Assembly: GCA_000002435.2 (NCBI GenBank)
Contig: CM018789.1
Reading direction: 5' to 3' (one strand)
Length of the DNA stretch: 64,000 nt
DNA from: Giardia intestinalis
Taxonomy: Eukaryota
Shown: piece after piece, positions 39,010 to 46,748 of the stretch
Layout: the number at the start of each line of letters is the position of its first letter
Numbering within the stretch: position 1 is the first letter of the stretch
Made by a program: the position numbers and the translations under genes
Notes under the pieces: generated by a model
The model's database searches: none
Told to the model about the DNA's origin: nothing
What the model saw: only the letters and a program-made list of their open reading frames with translations

Positions 39010-40220
39010 CTTGAGAAGAGCCACATCACACGAGGAAGGGCGCCGTTTACTCGAGGAGAGAGGCGATTGCGTCGTGGCCATGCCTCCTTGCGATGTCGAG
39101 GGCGGTGGTGCCGGGCGGGAAGCCGAGCCACTCACGGGTGGTCTGCATGCCTTTCTCCTTGTCCATCAGGAGCCTCGCACACTCCAGGTGACCACCCTGC
39201 GCTGCATGCATGAGCGCTGTCCATCCGTTGTTAGTCTTCATGCCGTCTTCTTTGTCTACTAGAAGCCTCACGCAGTCCGAGCAACCGTTGTCGGCTGCGT
39301 GCATGAGGGCAGTCCACCCACTGTTGGCCCTCATCCCGCCTTCCTTGTCCAGTAGAGCCTCCGCACACTCGCGGCGCCCATACTGTGCTGCATACATTAG
39401 GGCGGTCTTCCCATCATCCGTTTTCATGCCACCCTCCCTCTCCAGGAGGAGCTGCACGGACTCCAGTTTGCCGCGCCGTGCTGCGTACATAAGGGCGGTG
39501 GTGCCGTTGTTCCTCCGTTTGCCGCCTTCCCTCTTCAGCAGGAACTTCACGCATTCCGGGTGGCCCCCGTACGCCGCCCGCATGAGCGCGGTCTCTCCAA
39601 GCTTATTCTGTGTGCTACCTTTCATCTTCAGCAGAACCTTCACGGCTCTCAGGTTTCCATACTCTGCTGCTGACATGATGTCGGTCTCGACGAAGCCGTA
39701 TTTCAGCAACAAAAAAGACGAGAGACTCAGCCCGCTCCTCCCTTGTTGGTGGTAAAACTCTGCGGCTTCATCGATGCTCCTATCAGAAGCAGACCCCTCG
39801 GTGTCCTGAGGGCGACGACTCGCCTCCGAATCCCTGAGCACACCACTCGACATTTTTAACTTCGTCTGCTTGCAGGAAGACACTGCCACGGAAACACACA
39901 CTTTGCTCTCTGCTTCACTGAAAACGGTTTGTCAACTGCTGTCCGAGCATCTCCGTGAGAGCCGCCGCGCTGGGTGGGCCGCCCGCTCACCGTCCGGGGT
40001 CCAAGGTTCAGATCTTGAAGCTCGAACTCGTGCCCTCATACAAGGCCTCCTCCCCTGTGGGTAGGCGGGTCTCACGCTCGTTCACTTCTCCAATCCAGGA
40101 CTCAGAACTCGAAGCTTGAGCGTCGAATGTCATGATGATTTACTCCACCCACCGGTTGCTTCCAGTGGTGTGCTGCTGGGGCCTGCCTGCAGGTATGGTC
40201 CAGAGATCCCACGGGCAAGC
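39010..40220. repeat. Left arm of a 1,211-bp perfect inverted duplication; it is the reverse complement of 43142..44352
   Basis: Boundaries were verified base by base at both ends: ...cttctcaag | g versus a on the outside, and gcttgcccgtggg... on the inside. The three encoded ORFs of 284, 181 and 64 aa are identical in both arms. Confidence 0.9.
39047..39901 (-). CDS. Ankyrin-repeat protein, 284 aa, copy A; identical to the 43461..44315 protein
   Basis: Seven ankyrin repeats (TALMRAAYGGHPECVKFLL, TALMYAARRGKLESVQLLL, TALMYAAQYGRRECAEALL, TALMHAADNGCSDCVRLLV, TALMHAAQGGHLECARLLM, TALDIARRHGHDAIASLLE). It is GC3-rich, and 319 bp of identical upstream sequence is included in the repeat. Confidence 0.75.
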   Translation of the reverse strand: MCVSVAVSSCKQTKLKMSSGVLRDSEASRRPQDTEGSASDRSIDEAAEFYHQQGRSGLSLSSFLLLKYGFVETDIMSAAEYGNLRAVKVLLKMKGSTQNKLGETALMRAAYGGHPECVKFLLKREGGKRRNNGTTALMYAARRGKLESVQLLLEREGGMKTDDGKTALMYAAQYGRRECAEALLDKEGGMRANSGWTALMHAADNGCSDCVRLLVDKEDGMKTNNGWTALMHAAQGGHLECARLLMDKEKGMQTTREWLGFPPGTTALDIARRHGHDAIASLLE

Positions 40221-43141
40221 TCTTGCTCAGTCCCTGACTAGTCCGGAGACGAGGGTTGGTCGTGTATCAATATAAGGACCACAGTGGTAGTAGGAGGAGC
40301 TATTGCGTTCCTCAGCTGTTCTACGGGCGTGTGCTCGGTCTAGGTGTGCACATAGGTCCTTTTGGAGATCAAGCCATCTCATGGACTCACTGGTCTACTA
40401 GGGTGCCTCTCCTTGCTCTCCCCTCACGGTGAGTGAAGCTCTGGTCTTTGTTGTCATTCTCAATACTGTCCATGTAGATCAGCAGCAGCTAGCGGGGCTT
40501 TCTCTTCTGGTTGGGATTCAACTCGGTTGTGTGTCCAGTCTTTGCACCTTCTCGGTCGTTGTCGACAGGTCCCAGGGGTGGATTCATTCAGCTGTCAGAA
40601 GTAGGATGACAGGAGACGGTCGCTCTGGGTGACCAGGCTTTCGGCCCGGCCCGTCTGATCAGCTTCGTCGGGTGCTCGTTCGCCTCTGCAGCCATGTGGG
40701 CGATGGCGAAGGCAGCCCGGACAGAGAGCTTCTCAACGTCCACGTGGAGCTCCTCGAGGTGCCCCTTGGACTGGGGTGGAGGGATCCGTCTGTCCCGTAG
40801 ATGATCGGGAGCGTCCCGTCCCTGTACTTCTTGACCTTCTCGTTGTAGTAGGCATCCATCTGGCGGAGCTGGATGACACCCACATCTATCGCCTTGCACT
40901 TGTCGACAAGCCAGATGTCGGGCTTCTGGTTCTGGTCGCTGAGGTGGCTGTGGGTCTCGACTTCCAGTTCCGGTTGAGCTTCCCCGAGACGCGGAGGCAC
41001 AGGCACGCGACGATCATGTCGTGCCTCGTGGTCGAGGGTCCACGCCGTGTGGCAGCCCGGGCAGGTGCCTCTTGTCTGCGCCATGATCGAGCCGCCCTTC
41101 TCCTTCAGGGCCCTTTCCTCCTCGGTCAGCACGCCGCCGCTCTGTCCGGAAGCTGGTGTGCGCGTGAGGAGGCGGTTGAAGTAGGCCCCTTCCCCTGCAG
41201 TGCCTGGCCGTTCACCGGCAGCTCCACCGGGTCTCTGGTCCCCTTGTTGACGTCCAGGGAGGCCCATACCCTCCGCAGCTCGTCGTGGTAGGATCCAGGC
41301 ATGAGCAGGCCCAGGCCGCCCTTCTCCTTCGGGTACGCCAGGAAGTCGACCAGGCGATCGCAGCTTCTGTTGGTTAGTGCTGAAGCCTTGTGCGACGCGT
41401 CTGTTGAGCTCCTCGTAGTCCGCCTTGTCCGATGTTACTTCGACCAGGGGGGCGTAGCTCACCATCGGGACCACGCAGTGACATCAGGATGAGCTTCTGG
41501 TGGGTGGTTATGGGGGCGTTCTCAATCTTCCTCAGGGCAGTCACAGCACCTGCGATGACCTTTGGAGCTTGCAGGAGTGGGGGACGCCGGGTGGTTGAGG
41601 AAGGTCACCTCCTCGCCCGCCATGGTGGACTTGCATTGTCGCTCCTGATCGTCAGGCCCATGGCGGCAGCCTCTGCTGTGGCCAGCTGTGTTATCACACC
41701 TGCTGGGTACCCTTCGTCGTGGAACGCCACGATGTCGTCCGCTAGGCAAGGAAGGTGATGCCCCTCTCCCTGAGGCGTCTCAGGAGGCGCTCGATGGCCA
41801 TGCAGAAGAGGAGCGTGCTGAGCGGGCTGCCCTGGGGGACGCCACAGACCTCGCACTTCACGTCCCGGCTGTGCCTCAGATCGAGGAAGTTCCTGATGTA
41901 GTCGATCAGGACCTTCAGGATGCCCGCCTCGTTCAGGGCTCTGATGACCTCCGCCTTCGGGAGCGAGTTGAAGGCATTCTTTGTGTCGAGGGAGACGGCG
42001 TGCTCCTGTCCTGCTGATGAGCTCGTGGGCCCTCCTCACACCTACCGCGTACGCGTTCTGCTTGAAGGCGATCTGCTCGCATGAGAGGTAGTTGGCATGC
42101 TTGATCAGCCCTTCAGCAGGACGCGGTGGAAGATGTTCGTGACCATCCGCCTATCGCGATCGGGGTATCCGTCGGACTCTTTCGGGATGAGGATCGCCCG
42201 GAACTCGAACATGGCCATCACGTCGGACATCGCCTCGGGGTGGGTGGTCAGCTCGTTGTACGCCTGCGTGAGGTACTTCACGAAGCTGTCGTTCTGCTTC
42301 ATCGCCTTGAGCTGGACCGGCCCGAGGCCAGACACGCCTGAGGCCTTCTTGTTGAGAGTCCTAACAGGGCCTTCCTCATTTCCTCCTCGGTTGCCGCTCC
42401 AGCCCGTCGAGCTCATCGATGGAGGGTAGTCAAGGCCAACGTAGCCTTCGGGGGGACGCACGGGTGTCTCATCAAGGGCGCGGAGAGCCTTAGCAACTGC
42501 TCCGAAGCTCAGCGCGTTGTTCACCCTGTTTGCTATCCGGCGTCTCGCCTTCTCGGGGTCTGGGTCTGCCTTACTCTGGGCCTGCTCTACTGTGTTGCTT
42601 GAGTCCTCTGGGGCTTCCCACCAGGGCGTTCAGGCCCCTGATAGCAGGGAGCGCGACCCCAGTCCCGGCCTGTTCGATGCTCGCGATCATGCGTGCCCCC
42701 TGGTGGATGAGCATAGCGAGCTCTGTCTGGTTCGGTACTGGGCCGGAATGATCAACTTGTCGTCGCCCAGCACTCTGTGTCTGTCATCGTTTGCTTCTCT
42801 CAGGTGCTCGGTTGGTTGCTTGGCGCTCTCGCACGGTAGGCCACAGAGCCAGCGTGTGTGTCCTGCTGAGAGAGTAAACGTCTTTGGAGTGGTCCCCCGA
42901 GTAGAGACTCACGGCTTGCTCTCTGGGTGTCCCTGAGGTACGATTTTGCATTCGTAGTGCAGATCTGGTCCTCGCGGGCTCTCCTTCGCCTCAGGTCCAG
43001 CTGTGCGCACGCCCACGGAACAGCCGAGGAACGCACAGACCCCAGATCCACAAACGGAGGGAGCTCCTCCTATCACCGTTGTGGCTATCGTTACGACCCG
43101 CGGCCAACCCTCATCTCCAGACTGGCCGGGAATTGAGCGAG
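40221..43141 (-). mobile_element. Degenerate ('dead') non-LTR retrotransposon remnant of the R2/CRE/NeSL/Genie clade, carrying reverse transcriptase, a CCHC zinc finger and a restriction-like (REL) endonuclease. Its sense is on the minus strand, with the 5' end near 43141 and the 3' end near 40221.
   Basis: RT motifs, read on the minus strand across three different frames: FRAILIPKESDGYP (42200-42160), LDTKNAFNSL, VCGVPQGSPLSTLLFCMAIE, then ITFLA[TAG]ADDIVAFHDEG. In the last of these the Tyr codon of YADD is a stop and the frame shifts (about 41740). A C-terminal CPGCHTAWTLDHE plus KPDIWLVDKCKAIDVGVI (PD..D...K REL-endo) lies at ~41050-40900. The body is GC-rich (~62%), unlike the flanks. All the ORFs in this interval (40659..41474, 41605..42039, 42105..42524 and others) are fragments. 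Confidence 0.75.
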
Positions 43142-44352
43142 GCTTGCCCGTGGGATCTCTGGACCATACCTGCAGGCAGGCCCCAGCAGCACACCACTGG
43201 AAGCAACCGGTGGGTGGAGTAAATCATCATGACATTCGACGCTCAAGCTTCGAGTTCTGAGTCCTGGATTGGAGAAGTGAACGAGCGTGAGACCCGCCTA
43301 CCCACAGGGGAGGAGGCCTTGTATGAGGGCACGAGTTCGAGCTTCAAGATCTGAACCTTGGACCCCGGACGGTGAGCGGGCGGCCCACCCAGCGCGGCGG
43401 CTCTCACGGAGATGCTCGGACAGCAGTTGACAAACCGTTTTCAGTGAAGCAGAGAGCAAAGTGTGTGTTTCCGTGGCAGTGTCTTCCTGCAAGCAGACGA
43501 AGTTAAAAATGTCGAGTGGTGTGCTCAGGGATTCGGAGGCGAGTCGTCGCCCTCAGGACACCGAGGGGTCTGCTTCTGATAGGAGCATCGATGAAGCCGC
43601 AGAGTTTTACCACCAACAAGGGAGGAGCGGGCTGAGTCTCTCGTCTTTTTTGTTGCTGAAATACGGCTTCGTCGAGACCGACATCATGTCAGCAGCAGAG
43701 TATGGAAACCTGAGAGCCGTGAAGGTTCTGCTGAAGATGAAAGGTAGCACACAGAATAAGCTTGGAGAGACCGCGCTCATGCGGGCGGCGTACGGGGGCC
43801 ACCCGGAATGCGTGAAGTTCCTGCTGAAGAGGGAAGGCGGCAAACGGAGGAACAACGGCACCACCGCCCTTATGTACGCAGCACGGCGCGGCAAACTGGA
43901 GTCCGTGCAGCTCCTCCTGGAGAGGGAGGGTGGCATGAAAACGGATGATGGGAAGACCGCCCTAATGTATGCAGCACAGTATGGGCGCCGCGAGTGTGCG
44001 GAGGCTCTACTGGACAAGGAAGGCGGGATGAGGGCCAACAGTGGGTGGACTGCCCTCATGCACGCAGCCGACAACGGTTGCTCGGACTGCGTGAGGCTTC
44101 TAGTAGACAAAGAAGACGGCATGAAGACTAACAACGGATGGACAGCGCTCATGCATGCAGCGCAGGGTGGTCACCTGGAGTGTGCGAGGCTCCTGATGGA
44201 CAAGGAGAAAGGCATGCAGACCACCCGTGAGTGGCTCGGCTTCCCGCCCGGCACCACCGCCCTCGACATCGCAAGGAGGCATGGCCACGACGCAATCGCC
44301 TCTCTCCTCGAGTAAACGGCGCCCTTCCTCGTGTGATGTGGCTCTTCTCAAG
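43142..44352. repeat. Right arm of the 1,211-bp perfect inverted duplication; it is the reverse complement of 39010..40220
   Basis: See the left arm. About 40 bp of roughly 80%-identical degenerate extension continues inward on both sides (40221-40262 against 43100-43141). Confidence 0.9.
43461..44315 (+). CDS. Ankyrin-repeat protein, 284 aa, copy B; identical to copy A
   Basis: The protein is identical to the 39047..39901 translation. Both copies are transcribed outward, away from the central retroelement. Confidence 0.75.
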   Translation: MCVSVAVSSCKQTKLKMSSGVLRDSEASRRPQDTEGSASDRSIDEAAEFYHQQGRSGLSLSSFLLLKYGFVETDIMSAAEYGNLRAVKVLLKMKGSTQNKLGETALMRAAYGGHPECVKFLLKREGGKRRNNGTTALMYAARRGKLESVQLLLEREGGMKTDDGKTALMYAAQYGRRECAEALLDKEGGMRANSGWTALMHAADNGCSDCVRLLVDKEDGMKTNNGWTALMHAAQGGHLECARLLMDKEKGMQTTREWLGFPPGTTALDIARRHGHDAIASLLE

Positions 44353-44899
44353 AGGCAGAGAGAAAATGTCAGATAGGTGGGTTTGTGTGTGCCGGAAAGC
44401 AGTACAATGGAAATGGTAGCATATAGATATATGGAGATAGCGATATTATTAATGGAGTATGGCGGCAATGCAGAGAATGACGGTGAATACTGGTAATCCA
44501 TAGGTCAGATTCTTAAAGGCTGAAAATCTAAGAGCTCTACTAGGACTGCTTAGCATAGTAGTACGAAGCTCGGATAAGAAATTATAAAGTAATTGATAAG
44601 AGTATAGAAATGAAGATTTACAGACAAGAAGAATAAACTAACGTAATAGCAAATACTACAGGACCATAAGCTGAGTGTATAGCATCATTAAGCAACAGAG
44701 TTCTGTTGGAAGCCAAGTCTACGCCATCACTATAATTTAATCAAGTGTGCTGCTACACATTATAAAAGGAAAGGAGACCTTTGTAGAACCTCCATTATTA
44801 TCACAGCGATCATGACAGTGAGATATCAGGTATTCTAGATCCACAAAGACTCACCAGACGAGTTGAACCTTTGAATGAATGATTTGCAAACACAGACCT

Positions 44900-46060
44900 T
44901 TATAAACGTCTACTAAGGCAAAGAGGCTCTGATAAGAGCGGGTATGCGTCACAGAAGCCAATGCTCTGTGCATACTCCAAACAACTCATCACTCCTTTGC
45001 CATTCCACCGAGAAGCAATGTTACGCTCATCAGGCCTATGTAGTGAAAAGTTCTGGTAGTGAGCTTCGTTGTATGCAGATAACAATGTGACACAAGCCAC
45101 AGATTTCATTAGCGTCGCATAACAGAGCGCGTTGTTATCAAAAACATCATGCTTGCTCAATTCCAACGTGCGAAACTGTTCAGGGCAGTATCGTATCAAG
45201 GCCCGTATGGAGTCCACTTGATCTTTGCAGCAAGCTATCATTATTGCCGTCTGTCCTAATCCGTTCGTTTTACCGAGAAAGCCAGGAGCCATTTCTATAA
45301 GTCTAGCAATGTCCTTAGTAACTGCAGCGCGCATCCAGCGATCGAGATCTAGTGCGTCAGATAGATTCTTGGCATGAGGATCATTTTCTAAATCTTGAGA
45401 AATACTCTCGAGGATGTCTAGTGCAAACAGGTGGTCGATAAAAACAGTTTTTGTACGATCTGTGTTTCGGACATGCCTTTCCAGAACAAAGAACATTCCT
45501 GATTCGTAAGTAGACAAGAACAAGGCCACATCAAAGTGCCGTGCCTCAACGGCAAGCATCAGAGCCGTCTTCCCAGATACCCAGCTCGACGGTTTAGTTC
45601 CGGAGCATTTTATGTGTGCTTCGGAATGCATTTGCAGGCATGCTTCATAAGGAGCAAGGCTTCTCACTAGCTCCAAGAACCCTCCTTGCGCTGCTAGCAT
45701 GAGCGCAGACATTCCATTAGAGTCCTGAAGGCCCAGAAGACATCTTCCGGCGGCTCCTTCTTCTGTCATTGCCCAATTTAGAAGTGTGCTGGCTAGCAAT
45801 TCCTTCTTGGCGCGTAGTAAATACATTAGTGCGCTAGTTCCTCGAGGAAACTCTTCGCCACCAAGGAGAGAATCATCGGTACGGACGGAAAGGTCGAAAG
45901 CGGAGACTCCTGCGAGCAAGTCAGCAGGGGTGGACACTTCTTTAAGATATAGAAAGAGATCGTTTTCACTGGCTAGTGCATCCAAGTGCCCGGTAGCTGG
46001 TAGAGCTTGCGCTGCTATTGCCATGTCCAAACATTCCAGAAAGTCTTCTTTGTCCTCCAT
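44900..46060 (-). CDS. Ankyrin-repeat protein ('protein 21.1' type)
   Basis: Ankyrin cores MSALMLAAQGGFLELVRSLAPYEA, TALMLAVEARHFDVALFLSTYESG, TAIMIACCKDQVDSIRALIRY. The track start is 46075 (ATG, MLDFK); the alternative ATG at 46060 (MEDKEDF) sits directly on the AT-rich palindrome. Both are in frame. Confidence 0.7.
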   Translation of the reverse strand: MEDKEDFLECLDMAIAAQALPATGHLDALASENDLFLYLKEVSTPADLLAGVSAFDLSVRTDDSLLGGEEFPRGTSALMYLLRAKKELLASTLLNWAMTEEGAAGRCLLGLQDSNGMSALMLAAQGGFLELVRSLAPYEACLQMHSEAHIKCSGTKPSSWVSGKTALMLAVEARHFDVALFLSTYESGMFFVLERHVRNTDRTKTVFIDHLFALDILESISQDLENDPHAKNLSDALDLDRWMRAAVTKDIARLIEMAPGFLGKTNGLGQTAIMIACCKDQVDSIRALIRYCPEQFRTLELSKHDVFDNNALCYATLMKSVACVTLLSAYNEAHYQNFSLHRPDERNIASRWNGKGVMSCLEYAQSIGFCDAYPLLSEPLCLSRRL

Positions 46061-46068
46061 TTTAAAAT
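46059..46068. promoter_or_regulatory. Perfect palindromic AT-rich initiator ATTTTAAAAT shared by two divergent genes
   Basis: On the plus strand the sequence reads ccATTTTAAAATccaacATGcag; on the minus strand it reads ttggATTTTAAAATGgagg. Start codons are at 46060/46075 (-) and 46074 (+). Confidence 0.5.
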
Positions 46069-46073
46069 CCAAC

Positions 46074-46583
46074 ATGCAGACACACTCAGTGGGATTTTCC
46101 TACCAGAATGACCCGTACAGCCTTTCCTCCCGCGCTCTAGCAACCAAAGCGGTAGCAACAATGGATGTTCCCGGTCAGCACCGAAAGCTCGCTGTCCCAG
46201 AACCCATAGATCTGGCGTCTGTAGACGAATGGGTAACTGTCTATGGGATTACTCCATCCAATCTTTCGCTGGCTCTTCACGCCCTTATGAACTTTGGGAC
46301 CATTATGAGGGTCAATTACGCCAATCACCATTTTATTCATGTCCGTTTCAGAGACGCCCTCTCCGCACAAGCCGCGGTTTCTGCGAGAGTAATCTGTCTC
46401 AGCAAGATCTCCATCATCGGCCTTATCCCCTGTCTTGTTAAGGACTTAGACAACGACATAACACTTTGTCACGAGCTTGACCTACCTCCTTATGTGTTGA
46501 CAAAAAAGACGCCCCCAGTGGTCAGTAATGGAATACTCGAGCGGATAATAAATTGGTTTGCGACGCTTCTTAAATCTGATTAA
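46074..46583 (+). CDS. Nup35/Nup53-like nucleoporin domain protein (MPPN/RRM-like fold), ~170 aa
   Basis: DEWVTVYGITPSNLSLALHALMNFGTIMRVNYANHHFIHVRFRDALSAQAAVSARVICLSKISIIGLIPCLVKD aligns with the Nup53 RRM block (D.WVTVFGFP......L..F..YG.I......GNWMHIRY.S...A.KAL...G.I......IGV.PC). The ATG at 46074 is in frame with a later ATG at 46161. Confidence 0.55.
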   Translation: MQTHSVGFSYQNDPYSLSSRALATKAVATMDVPGQHRKLAVPEPIDLASVDEWVTVYGITPSNLSLALHALMNFGTIMRVNYANHHFIHVRFRDALSAQAAVSARVICLSKISIIGLIPCLVKDLDNDITLCHELDLPPYVLTKKTPPVVSNGILERIINWFATLLKSD

Positions 46584-46748
46584 ATTGGGCCATTTATTTG
46601 CTACCTGCTCACACTATCTGCTTGTACTCAGCTAACGTACTCAACTAACGTATTCAGTTGATTGCTGTATGATCAGTGATGCGAAAGAGTTGGATTACAT
46701 GCCCGTCATGCTCATAGCGGAACATCAGATTTGGAGATTAAAAAACTA

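Noticed and set aside
40429-43260. About 15 short ORFs on both strands inside the palindrome spacer (for example 40659..41474, 40776..41291, 41605..42039, 42105..42524, 42517..42936)
   Set aside because: They are frame-shifted fragments, or antisense reads, of a single decayed retrotransposon ORF. They are not independent genes.
44100-44501. 133-aa minus ORF
   Set aside because: It is a chimera that begins in the AT-rich block and reads into the repeat arm, antisense to the ankyrin gene. Its N-terminus is low-complexity (YSINNIAISIYLYATISIV).
46161-46583. A shorter start (MDVPGQ, ATG 46161) for the Nup53-like gene
   Set aside because: It is possible, but the upstream ATG at 46074 sits directly on the palindromic AT-rich initiator and is in frame. 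I kept the longer model and noted the alternative.
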